From: Vitrella brassicaformis CCMP3155
Lineage: Eukaryota > Protista > Chromerida
Direction of reading: 5' to 3'
DNA length: 64,000 nucleotides
NCBI GenBank assembly: GCA_001179505.1
Contig: CDMY01000227.1
Span: forward strand, 186,001-250,000
Shown piece after piece: positions 26,561 through 39,127 of the stretch. The notes beneath the pieces were generated by a model. That model was not told the origin of the DNA. It did no database searches and saw nothing but the letters and a program-made list of their open reading frames with translations. Each line of letters opens with the position of its first letter. Positions within the stretch are counted from its first letter, which is position 1. A program made the position numbers and the translations under genes.

Positions 26561-29073
26561 TCAATAACGGGGTACGGTACTGTCGACCTGCCTGCTCCAC
26601 TCATCTACACCCCCCGCCAGGTTGACCACCTTCGTCAGCCTCCTCTTCTCACGCAGGTACTCGACCACCGCAGCGCTCCTCCGGCCGATGTGGCACACCA
26701 CCACCACACCCCTGCCGTCGTCCGGGATCTCCCCCGCCCTCATTTCGATCTCGTGAATGGGAATGTGGAGGGCAGTCACCCCCTCGGGCACTCTGATGGA
26801 GGCGATTGAGGTCTCGTAATCTTCCCGGACGTCTAGCAGGCAGCCGGGTGGTGTGGCTGAGGTGAGCCATTGGTGGGCCACCTTTGGGGAGATCTGCTTG
26901 ACGCCATGGGAGATGGTGGGGCCGCGACGCTTCGACGATGAGACGGAGGGAGCAAGGGGAGGGGGAGGGGGAGGGCCAGTCACCTGCAGAACGTGGGAGG
27001 GGTCATGTGTGCATCGCGTGGGCGTGTTTGTGCTGCGTGTGTCAATCGTTACCTCTTGTGTGTCGAAGTGGATAGAGATGCCGTCCTTGGCTTTGGTGTT
27101 GGGGATGCCCAGGTTGGTCACTGGCGGAGGGTGGCCCTCCATCAGCCGGAACCTCGGAAAACGCCTGCACACATACCATACATGCATACATGCGTCCGGC
27201 TCTTGATGCATTGCATTCATTGTGTGTGCTGTAGGCACACATCCGTTCGTACGCACCTGAGAATGAGGAATAGCGTGGCCTTGATGACCATCATCGAGAG
27301 AGGCCGGCCGATGCAGCTCCTCGCCCCAATGCCGAAAGGGACGAAGTGCTTTGACCTGTCAGAATCATCGCCACCCATCGACACCGGCAGAAATCTGCTT
27401 GCATGACAGCACACACAGCACCGAGACAGATTGGCCTTTTTGTGTTGACAGACTGACCATCCCTCCCTCCCTCCCCTTGTCAGCACACCTGCTGGGTCGA
27501 AATGCCTCTGGCTGGGTGAAGATGTCACTGTTTGCATGGTGCATACAGATGGGCACCCACAGGCCAACGCCGGCCGGCAGCACATAGCGAGAGGCCGACC
27601 GCCCACGCACCTCCACTGGGGCCGTAAGGAAGCGAGCACACGCCGCCCCCACATCCGCCAGCCGGAGGGACTCGCACACCACTGCGTGCAGAAAGGGAAG
27701 GGCGAGGAGGCGGTCGACGGCAGCACGGTCGAAGGGCGCGCCCACCCCTGAGAATGACGGCCTGGAAGGATAGAAAACGGACCGTTAGACTGTGCGTGTG
27801 TGGTTGCGTGTGCGTCCCCTCCTCTCACCCGCATCCTTTGGCGAGCTCCTGTACAAGCCTGTCTTTCTCAGACGGCGCGTTTGCCAGGTGGTACAACGAC
27901 CACCCAATCGCCGCGGCGACGTCGTCAAATCCAGCGAGGACGAGGATCAGGCACGTGTCGCGCACCTTCTCCACACTCCACCCCTTCCCACGCAGTATCC
28001 TCACCACAGTCACCGCCCCACTGTCACTCTCTGCTCTCTCAATCAGGTCCTCCAGGATGCGATACACACGCCCGACGGCCGTCCAGAAGGCCTGGTCGCG
28101 AGCAGCCCTGGGGCTGAAGAGCCGGCGAATGAGGGCGAGAGGGGAGGGTGCGGGGGACCCTTCGTAGGACTGCACCCTGGCTGCGATGGCGTCGTCGAAT
28201 GCGGTGCGGAATTCCTTGACGGTCTGGGGCGTGGCTGCAGGTCCGAAGCAGACCCGACAGATGAGCTCCATCGTCATGGACGGCAACACCGCCTGCATGA
28301 CACACACACACACACAAACGTGTGAATGAATGAACATAACACGTTTTTGGGTAGAGTCTGTGCCCTCATGTCTGTCTGTCTGTCTGTGTTGTCACCTGCA
28401 CATCAACGGGCTCCCCCTGTGGTTCCGTGACCCAGCTGACCACATGCCGCTCGACGCAATCAGCCATCACCTCAGCGCTCAGCAAGGCCTCGAGCGACCC
28501 ACTGATGGCGCCGGCATCTGCCGAGGGTGGTGGTCCTCCTCCTTTGCTGTGCGAGAGGATGGGGATGAGGACCCCCCTGTCCTTCTTGGCGTCTGCGGCA
28601 GCCAGACACATCAGTCCCGTGCGGCCCATCAGTGCGCTGCGGACTTCATCGAGCTGTGTCCTGTCACTCAGACGCATTACCTGCACCAATTGACACACAC
28701 AGACGTGACGCACCCGCTAGGCATGCATGGCTCGCCGTTCGCTCACCGTCTTGCTATTCTCCTCGGTCGGCGCCACACTCACGACACACCTGCCGTCGTG
28801 CCAATACGACGCAACAGGCCCATACGCCTCAGCCAGCCACGTCAGAAATGAGCCCAGACCGCCCTTGTCCGCGATGAGGGTGGAGTGATCTGGTCGAAAG
28901 AGTATCGACAGAGGGCTGCTGAAGATGGACAGGCCGGGGATCTGCCGCATGCGCCATACCAGCAGCAGCCGTCGGATGATGTCTTGGGAGAGCCACGCCG
29001 AGAGGCCGAGAAGGGCCAGTGCTTCAAGGAGGAAGACGTAGGGTGTGTGATGCTCCTTCACCGTCCTCAGCAT
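26561..29073 (-). CDS. Cytochrome P450 with N-terminal membrane anchor, fused to a C-terminal rhodanese domain
   Basis: Anchor YVFLLEALALLGLSAWLS. I-helix AGFDDV, K-helix ESLR, FRPSRF, and heme loop FGIGARSCIG (27307-27336). In-frame splicing (phase 2, then phase 0) leads to the rhodanese: LLDVRE...VVVCHIGRRSAAV...VVNLAGGVDEW...VPRY*. The start could instead be the upstream ATG at 29142. Confidence 0.88.
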
Positions 29074-30124
29074 CGTGTTCGCCTTTTCAAGCTTGCGCCT
29101 TCGTCGGTCGATCAGGCTGCAGCTTGTGGAGATTGAACTCATTGTCCGTCGTCTCTGTGTGCATGCCATGAAGACCATCCCATCATTCACCGTCATTGAC
29201 CATCATTGCACCTTCGCAAACGGTCTGGTCTCCCTCCACAACAGACCGACGTACAGACAGACATTTGAGTCTGAATTACAGCAGAAAAGCCCCACATCGA
29301 TCATGATGCACACAACAGAGACAGACAGACAGACAGGCCAAAGCTTTCCCTACCGCCGTGCTTTGCTTTACATATATTCCCCACAACAGATTTCTGTCTG
29401 TCGGCCGTGCGTGCCGTGCCGCCCGACAGCCATACGATCAGGGCAGGCCGCCTGGAACGCCAAAGCACTGCGAGAGGATTCGCAGAGATGACTGTCTGTC
29501 TTGTCGCTTCGCTTCATAGCATACGCAACTGCCGCCCGCCCGCGACATCGCGCATTCCATCCATCCATCCATCGGCCAGCCAGCCAGCCCCTTGATTGAG
29601 ACCACGCGGGCAGACAGAGATATAGAGAAAGTGAGTGCTAGATAGAATAGAATAGATGCGTCAGTCATGTCATCTACGGCAGCCAGGCACCCACCCTGCC
29701 CTGTACACATGACATACACACACGCATACAGCCACACGCCATACAGACAGACAGACAGACAGACACATCAGCACCGTCGCAAATGGATCAGCCAGCCAGC
29801 CAGCCTGCCAGCCCCGGTTCACCAAACGGCCATCGCATGCATGCATGCGGCACTCTGTGCACCACGCACGCACGCACTCAGGCAGACAGGCAGACACCCC
29901 GATGGAGAGAAGAAGCAGAGAACCCCTCGCCCTTTGACCCCTTCATTCATTCGCACCGGTAGACGACACCAAACAAAAATCATACCCACCACACCACACC
30001 ACACCCAGGATCACACGACATATGGTAGCGTAGCATCCCTCCCTTCCCCGTACCCAACCACCCCAACCACCCCCCACTAAACAGCCGGCCAGCCACCCAT
30101 GCATCCCATCGGCATGTCTTCACA

Positions 30125-31902
30125 TCACATGATGGCGCACACCGCACAGCACTTGTTTCGCTTCGTCGGCACCACCTCCACCGCCGGATGCTGCTTGCCC
30201 ACCCCCACCCCGGTGCCGTCTTTGCCCACTTCTTTCTTGTCGGGTGTGCCCTCGGGGCTGTTGGACCCCTCCTCGCCAGACGTCGCCACAGTGCTCGAGT
30301 TGGGCCGCCGATCCGACGACGGCGAGGCCTCCACCGCCGCATCCTCCCTGCCGTTCATGCCGCCTTGTCCCTCCTCCCCCTCCCCCTCCCCCACCAGGTG
30401 CACACACACTTCTGGTGTGTCCTCATCGGCAGCCAGAGGGGGCAGCGGCGGCGCCGAAGACACCTTGCGCACATCGCCTGTGGCTGCGGTGGCGGGTGCG
30501 GGTGCGGGTGAGGGCTGCTCGAACCGCAGTGAGAGGACCTGCAGGTCGATGGCCGGGTCGCTGAGAAGCTCCTCCAGCCGGGAGGAGAGGAGGTCGGTCG
30601 CCCTGGCGATGAGCTCCTCCCCTTCTGGCGGGATGGGCCGGCCCTCGGGGTAGGTCAGCCCGCACTTCTTGAAGATCTCCGGGGCCTCTGCCGACCACTG
30701 GATGGGCGTGCGGACGTCCCCCGCCCACAGCACGCCCTGGGAGGTGGTCTCATCGCAGGCTCGCCACACGTCGGGCACATGGGGGATGGGCGAGGTGGGC
30801 GACGGGGGGAATGCGAAGGGGTAGAATGCGGGGGGCTGGATGTCGGGGAGGGTGCCGCCGTACTGCTGCTCGAGCTGTGAGGGGTGGTACTCCTTGAGCA
30901 GGTCTTCCTGGAAGTGGTCCTTCATGAAGTTGATCTTCTGCTGCTGCACCTCTGTCAGGAGGCCCTTGATCATGGCCCAGAGGGTGGAGACGATCTTGGG
31001 CGCGTTGACGATGAACATCTTGTCGAGCCGGAAGGGGTACTGCTTGGTGAGCGTCGACACCATGTCCTTGAGCACCTTGATCGGAATCGAACGCAATGGC
31101 ACGTTGCTCAGGTCCACCAACACCTTGCACGTCTCAACTTTGCCTGACACACCAAACCACCGCAGAGGGCACGTGTGTGTGTCTTAGTACTCCGCTCCCT
31201 CGTCCCGTCCACTCACTCACCGGGGACGAATGCGTGTCTGAGTGCCCACTCGAAGACAAACACCGTGAGGCGTTTGAACCGGTCGGGGTTCTCCCTGACC
31301 TCCCTCGACAGCCGACTCAGCCGCACGATCGCCAGTGGCCGGTATGACGCGTCCCGCCCCACCCAATACATGACCCCGCTCTCCAGGTCCTTCCGCACCT
31401 CCACCTCACTCACGGGGTACATCTCGCGTCGCCAGTCGCGCATCAGCACCGTGTGCTCGACGGACTTGTGGAGGTAGTGGTGGGGGTGCTTGCGCTTGTT
31501 GTAGAGGAGGATGCGCAGGAGGAGTGGCTCCATCCTCGGGGGGAAGGTGAAGTTGTGCTCGCGGCAGTGAATGCGGAACTGGGTGATCATCTCCTGCTCG
31601 CCCTCGTCGAGCGGCTGGTGCAGGAAGACCTGGCGGATGACCACACCGTGGTGGAAGGACTTGTGCGTCTCGTCACGCGACGGCTGGTGGGCCAGCAGGG
31701 AGGCGGGCACAGTGTGAGGAGACGGGTTCGTCGACGTCACCAGCGCAACTTCCACCACACACACACACACACACGCACACACACAAGGTGGCAACATAAC
31801 GACGCGCGTCAATGTGAGAGTGATGTGTTGGTCTCTCTCACCCTCTGGAATCTCCGACGCGGCAGAAGAGTCCGGATGGCCATGGTGCGACTCGCCTCCC
31901 AT
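30125..31902 (-). CDS. Sec14/CRAL-TRIO lipid-binding protein with C-terminal CC..CaaX
   Basis: GVMYWVGRDASYRPLAIVR, VLVDLSNV, QYPFRLDKMFIVNAP, QKINF, SQLEQQYGGTLP. Ends KRNKCCAVCAIM*. Confidence 0.88.
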
Positions 31903-32433
31903 GGCGGCGGCGATAGGCACTCAATCAGTCCACCAACAAGACGACAGCGCTGCGCATGCACCGCACCGGTTGGCAACGGCACGGTCCGCCTTTGGCTACT
32001 TTTTTGAAAGACTTTGGCACCTCACCTCGCCGTTGAACGGCGGGCTGCACAGACACGACAGCGAGACAGCAAGACAAGCCTGTGACGCCCTGATTGTCTC
32101 AGAGTGTGAAATGGCTTTTCTGGCGGCTCGTGCTGTACGTACCTTCACTAACGAAGGCGCTCCTGATGCAGAGGAGCCTCCTTGTGGACACCGCGCCGTA
32201 CCGAACAGCAAGCAATTCCAAGTGCCCTGTAGACCAGGCCAACTATCCAGTATCGAAGAACGAACAGATTCGCCTCCCTCCACGAAGATGAGCTCGCAAA
32301 AGAAGAGCGATCCGTCAGAAAGAAAAGGAAAGGCAGACAAGGAGTGGAGGCAGCGACAGCCTCTCACAGCCACCGTGTGACCACCCTGTGGCGTCGGCGA
32401 TTCGTTTCGTCAGTCCTCAGCTTGGTGCGCAGC

Positions 32434-35400
32434 ATGTCGTACAAGATCAGCTACCCAGCGGCCGCCGGCCCGCCCAAGGTCACCCAGCACTGCAGCGCCT
32501 TCCTGTCGTCAAGATTCGGCATCCCCTGCGCGGCAGCCGAGCCAGATCCAGCATGCAGCAACGTTGCCCTCACTCTCCCAAGCGGCGAGTCGTTCCACTC
32601 GACGGACATCAATGTGGCACGATGTCTGGCGAGGGAGGCTTCGGCGGTGGCGGCAGAGGGCGGCCTGTATGGCACTGATGCACTGACAGCCAGTGCTGTA
32701 GACAGCTGGATTGACTTCAGCCGCGACAAGATTGGCTCGTCCCTGCCGCCGTCCGGTGACGTTCTGTCGCGCCTCAACGCCCACCTGTCAGAGCGCACCT
32801 TCCTTGTCGGCCATGCACTCACCATCGCCGACATTACGGCGTTCACTGCCCTCGGCGGCCCCCCCTCACCAACCTTCCTGGAGCCCTTCCCACACGTCCT
32901 GCGGTGGTGGGAGAACATATGCGTGGAGCTGCTGGGGCAGAGTGCTGCACCAGCTGTCCGCGACCCTACTGCTGCTGCCGCCAACCCCGTAAGCGGTGTG
33001 GGGGGAGAGGTGGGCAATGGCAATGGCAATGGGAACGGCAATGGCGGCGGGGAGGTCGGTGCGTCGACCAACTTCATCAAGCAGATTGTGGCGGCTGACA
33101 TCGAGAAGGGCGTGCACAAGGAGGTGGTGACCCGCTTCCCGCCTGAGCCCAACGGCTTCCTGCACATCGGCCACGCCAAGAGCATCTGCCTCAATTTCGG
33201 GCTGCCCCAGGCCTTCGGCGGGCGCTGCCACCTGCGATTCGACGACACCAATCCCACCAAGGAGGAGCAGAGGTTTGTGACACACACAAGAGCAGACCAC
33301 ATCACAGACAGCATAGAGGAGGAGAGCGGGTGTGGATGGATGGAGTGGGCTGCTGTGTGTGTGTGTATATGTCGGTCAGGTACATCGATGCGATAGAGGA
33401 GGACGTGCGATGGCTGGGCTTCGATTGGGGCGAGCACCTCTACCACGCCTCCGACTACTTCGAGCAGCTGTTCGAGTGGGCCGTGCTCCTCATCAAGCGC
33501 GGATACGCCTACGTGGACGACTCGACCAACGAGGAGATGCGGGCGATGCGCGGGGACATCACCAAGCCCGGGCAGGACTCGCCATACAGGAACCGGTCGG
33601 TGGAGGAGAACCTGGACCTCTTCATGCGCATGAAGGCGGGCGAGTTCGACGAGGGCAAGTGCGTCCTGAGGGCCAAAATCGACATGGCCAGCGGCAACAT
33701 GAACATGAGAGACCCGGTACGTAGATTAGGTGGGGGGCGGGTGGGGTGTGTGGGAGGGAGGGATGGAGGGAGAGAGGCAAGAACAGAACACACATGTTGA
33801 GACGCGACATACCATACAGTGTCTGTCTGCTGTGTGTGGTTGTTCGTTCACTGTATGTATCAATCAGGCGATCTACCGCATTTTGAAGCAGTCGCACCCC
33901 CGCACGGGCGACAAGTGGTGCGTCTACCCGATGTACGACTTCGCCCACGGCCAGTCGGACAGCGTCGAGAAGATCACCCACTCCATCTGCACCCTGGAGT
34001 TCGAGCTGCACCGGCCCCTCTACGACTGGCTGCAGGAGAAGCTGGACATCTTCCGCGTCAGACAGATCGAATTCGCCAGGCTCAACATGACCTACATGAT
34101 GACTTCCAAACGGTGGGAAAGAAACCGTGGACTGACTGCCCGATCATCCGTCCGTGTCAGCACACAAAGGAAGGAGCATTCTCTGTGTGTGTCTCTGTCT
34201 GGTCCATCAGGAAGCTGCTGGCGCTGGTCCAGGAGGGCCGTGTGAGTGGTTGGGATGACCCACGGATGTCCACACTGAGCGGCGTCCGGCGTCGCGGCTA
34301 CCCACCGGCAGCCATCCGCAACTTCTGCGAGAAGATCGGCGTGGCCAAGCGCGACAACCTCATCCACATCGAACAGCTTGAAAACTGTGTCAGGTATGTC
34401 ACAGAACACACACATAGACACACACATGGATTTCTCGATGGCTTCTTTCTTCATTGAATTCATGTGTGTGTCGTGTCGTTGATTTGATTGCAGGGAGGAG
34501 ATGCACGTGACGTGTGAGCGGCGCAACGCCGTCCTGGTGCCGCTGAAGCTGGTCATCACCAACTTCCCGGAAGGCCTCGTGGAGGAGGTGGACGCCCCAA
34601 ACCACCCCGAGGACCCCGACACGGGCACCAGAAAGGTCGGTCAGCTGCCCTATATATGGATGTCATGTCGTGCACGCTCTCCCTTATCCCATCAATGTGT
34701 TTCTGTGTCTGTCGGCAGCTGTCCTTCGCGCGCGAGCTCTACATCGAGAGGGATGACTTCATGGAGCAGCCGAGTGCCAGGTTCTTCCGTCTCGCCCCCG
34801 GCCGTGAGGTCCGCCTCAAGTGCGCCTACTGGATCAAGGCCACTGACGTGATCAAAGACGGCAACACGGGCGAGATCGTGGCCGTTCACTGCACCTACGA
34901 CCCGCAGACCAAGGGAGGCGAGGCGCCGCCAGACGGCCGCAAGGTCAAAGGCACGCTGCACTGGGTGTCTGCGCACGATGCCAAGAAGTGAGTGAAGTGG
35001 GCTGAGAGAGATACACACAGGGAGCAAGAGGCAAGCAAGACGGTAGGCGTGTGCGTGTGTGTGTGTATGTGTGTGTGCAGAGCTGAGTTCCGTCTGTACG
35101 ACCGTCTGTTTGCGAAACCTGACCCTGAAGAGGACGTGCCTGAGGGAGGCGACTGGCGGGACAACCTCAACCCAGAATCACTCAAGGTGACGTGACCAAC
35201 ATAACCAGACAGACACCCACCCACCCACTCCCACACTACACACACGTACGTCACAGAAAGAACCACCTCATTATATACTCTTCCGTCCTCTCAGGTCGTG
35301 CACGGGCTGACCGAGCCCTCCCTGGCCACCGCAAAGCCCGGCGACGCCTTCCAGTTCGAGCGTGTGGGTTTCTTCGCCGCCGACCCCGACACGGCCACCG

Positions 35401-35663
35401 CCGGCATGCCCGTGTTCAACCGGACCGTGACATTGCTGGCGGACAAGGGCATGACTGACGAGGTGGATCCCGTCAAGGAGGCCAGACGGCTGGCGCAGGA
35501 GAAGGCGGCCGCCGAGCGCCAGAGGGTCAAGGAGGAGCGAGAGCGCAAGAAGGCCGAGAAGGAGAGGAAAAAGGCACTGGCGGGAGCGGCAGCCAACGGG
35601 TCTCGGGCTGCCGACAGCAGTGGCCCGGTGAATGGAGCCAATGGGCTGGCGGGAGGGGGATAG
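32434..35663 (+). CDS. glnS: Glutaminyl-tRNA synthetase with an N-terminal GST-like domain
   Basis: [24 protein letters not shown] (HIGH at 33163-33174), [38 protein letters not shown]. The N-terminal VDSWIDF...[20 protein letters not shown]...PHVLRWW is a GST-C-like helical domain. Confidence 0.93.
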
Positions 35664-35995
35664 ATAGATATGACGTCATGGGATGTGGTGCTGTACGTGT
35701 GGTGGGTTCGTTCTATGCTTCTCTCTCCATCCTGGCTTTTCGTAAGGCGTGTCCACCTCTGTCTTGACCCAAGTGCGTGTGCTGGGGTTCAAGACAGCGG
35801 ACGACGCGATTGACGATACGCCAGGACGTGGGCGTTCACCAATGTCTGCGTGCGTGTGGCGCCCTATATATGCGAATGACCGTTTTTGCTTCAGCCAAAC
35901 AACTTTTTGCTTGACAACAGAAGGGCTTGACTGGGTTTACCTCCATTGTAAACAAACGTTTCTCCACAAATAGCTTTGCTTGGTGGCGGCGCACG

Positions 35996-38517
35996 ATGGA
36001 TGCCGCTTCCTCTGCTGGTGATAGGCCTCCACTTCCATCCACAGGCATGGAGACCTCTTCCATGGACCCGTTCGCCGCCCACCCATCGCAGGAGATTGAG
36101 GACAGCTCCACACTCTCGCTCGACTCAGACGCGCATCAGGAGGCTCTCCTGATGTTCATTCACAACCAAGCACTCGAGGTGAGAAACCATGAGAGCGAGA
36201 GATCCACCCAGGCAGCGATGGATGGATGATCTTTGTGTCCGTTAATTAACGTTTGTGGGCTTGTGTGTGAAGGTGAAGGCAGTTCCTGTGGACTACTGCA
36301 GCATCCGCAACAAGCGGTTGCAGCTCTACATCGACACAAATGCTCGCGACACGGTACCGACACAGGCATGCAACAATCAATGCAGCCAGCATCACTTCGT
36401 CCTTTTGCCTGTCATGACTCATGACCCACATCTCGGTGGATGGATGGATGGCTTTGTGTGCCTGCAGGCGGTGAGCATCGTCAACGAGTTCATCACGAGT
36501 TCACATGAGTGGCGGAATGCGAAAGATGGCGAACTGCCCGTGGAGGCCGCCTGCCGCGCCGCAGAGATGCTCGACAGATTCCTCTCAATCACACCACACG
36601 TGTCACAGTGAGAGAAAGGAAGCAACCAGACCATCCTTTCGTCGATACTTGGGCGCTCATCTGTGTGTGTCGGTTTGTGTGTGTGACATGCAGGACTCAT
36701 CTGTGGGGGCTGGCGGCCGCTTCACTGTGGGCTGCACTCAAGGCCGAAGGATACCACGGAGGCGGCAGGCTGCTGGCGCCACATGTCTGTCAGATGTGGA
36801 ACCGGACAGTCTGTCAGATGTGGAACCAGACTGAGGAGGCGGAGCACTGGGAGGCGACCATCGACAAGGAGACCCTCTGTGCGTGCGAGTGCCATCTCTA
36901 TCAGGCCCTCGAATGGGACGTCACCTCCACTCCGTGGGCAACGACGTTAGAACATGCCACAGGCAGAATGCACTTGGGTGCCGTCATATCTGCAGACACG
37001 TGTGGACGTTCGTCAACGTGCTGATGTTGGTGGAAGGAATGTATGATGACTGGCAATACGGTCCGTATCCATCTCGCCTTTCGTCAAAGTGTCTTATCCC
37101 GCCCCCCTTTGTGTGGTGTGTGTGGGTGTGTGTCTTTGTGCATGCAGAAGAACGTGTGAGAAGTCTGGTGTTGGAGTCGCTGGCATGCTACAACATCGCT
37201 GTGCGTCGTGGATTCAGGTAAGCCTTCCCACCCTTGAGTGCAAGCAGGCATACATGGATTCACCCTTGTGCTGTCCTCTGCATGCTGTGTATGTATTGTA
37301 TGTGCAGACAATCGCAGATTGCGTGTGCTGCTGTCTTCATCACACTCAACATGGGCAGCCGACAAACATACTGGGTGAGAAGAGAAGAGCACAGATGTAT
37401 ACACCAACACCTGCCTGTATGTATTTCCGTGTGTGCAGCCACCGTCGTTCATGGACCTCGACGTGAGTGTCCAGGACGTCGCCAGCGCCGTCTCCGCAAT
37501 GCTCACCAACCTCCGCACGCGTGTCAGCACCAACACACACACACACACACACACACAAATATACCAAACAACATCATGATCAGCTGCCCTCCTCGTGTGG
37601 TCAGTGTCTCCTCCACGCCAAGGGCTTCCAGCTGCACAACGTCGAGCGCGCTCTGCATGAGATCACGGCCTCCTCGTCGCGCCACAGCATCTCTGCCTCA
37701 TTCAACAGAGGCGCACTCCCCCCGCGCCCCGCCACCCCACCGCAGCCCCAGGCTCACGGCAGATCGCAGAGGAAGAGGAAGGAGAGGAAGAACCGCGACA
37801 TGTGCGGCATGTGTGGGGCGACTGAGGGTGAGTAACTGCGATGCGTGCATGTGTGTGCGTGGGAGGGAGGGATGGGTGGGATTTATTGTCTGTGCTTGCA
37901 GATATTGTGTACGGTGGGTGTGGGGGGTGCGACGCATTGTTGTGCCTCACGTGCGAGCGGCGCGCCTATCGTCGAAACAATCGTAACCATTCGCACCAAC
38001 ACTTCTGCTGTCGTGGGGGAGAGAAGCTTGAATGCACTCAAGTTGTTTGCCTGCCTCTTTCTGTGTGTGCAGAGTGTCCATTTTGTTCGCGTCAGCTCCC
38101 TGCTCATGTGCCATTCCCACCCCCCCCAGCCTACACACATGATACACCTGACCACCACCAGCAGCAGCAGCTGCACATGCATGACGACAACGCACTGCCC
38201 CCATCCTACAGCGGTTAGTCAGTCGCACAGCTGACACACGCATCACGCCGCCTCTCTTGTCACATACTGCAGGTGACGGTGAGGGGATGGACAACGGCGA
38301 GCGGATGGAGCTGTGCGCCGCCCCGTTGAACTTCCCGTCTCTGTTCGCGGCCGGCCTGGACACTGGCTTCCATGTCGGGAGGCAGGCCGCTGACAGACAC
38401 CACCCCACACCCGCCCCTCCGCCACCCAATCCCGGCAACACACAGCAGATCGACCACATGCACATGGCTGTCCACTACCTCGACCACTACGACCATGACA
38501 AACAAATGATGGGCTGA
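35996..38517 (+). CDS. Divergent cyclin (cyclin N and C boxes) with a C-terminal Cys8 zinc-finger-like domain
   Basis: Cyclin N box: RAAEMLDRFLS...LWGLAAASLWAALKAEG...ECHLYQALEWDV. Cyclin C box: SLVLESL...SQIACAAVFITL. Downstream spliced CGMC-x10-CGGC-x4-CLTC...CPFC. Confidence 0.7.
36785..36832 (+). repeat. Near-perfect 24-bp tandem duplication within the cyclin coding region
   Basis: gtctgtcagatgtggaaccggaca followed by gtctgtcagatgtggaaccagact, giving VCQMWNRT VCQMWNQT. Confidence 0.85.
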
Positions 38518-39127
38518 GGTAGGGAGGCAGGTGGAAGGAAGGGTGCGTATCGGCAACTGTCTTGCGTGTCTATGGTGCAGGTGAGGGCCGGATGAGGCGT
38601 GCCCAGCCAAATCGAAAGACCCAAACACAGCAGACAGACAGACAGTCCGACAGACAGACCGAGTCACCCCTGTGTGTAATGTATGCGAATGATGCATGAG
38701 ATCCCGTGACATGACTTGACAGATTTTGCATGGGATGGTCAATCGCACATATGTCTCCGTGATGCTTCTTTGATGCCGTGTCTCCCCCATGTCCCCCCAA
38801 TACACGTGTGTCCCTCCCCAATACACATACATGTATCTGGCTTTGCCATCATCCCCATGGTGCACCCGCACACCCAGACGCCCAGCATATGCACTCTGGT
38901 CTAGAAAGGTACTTATGGTGCACACGAAAGATGAATGTCCGAATTAACCGAAAAATGCCACACAGACCTCTCACCTAGCTATGCACCCATGGCCACCATT
39001 CAGCCCACATGTACAAAGGAAAGGAAATAAAGCATAGGTGACATGAATGACACAGCCGTGCACTCTTGCGTGTGTGGTTGTGTGGTGTACAGTCGATGTG
39101 TATCCGTGTTTCCCTCCCTCCGTCTGA

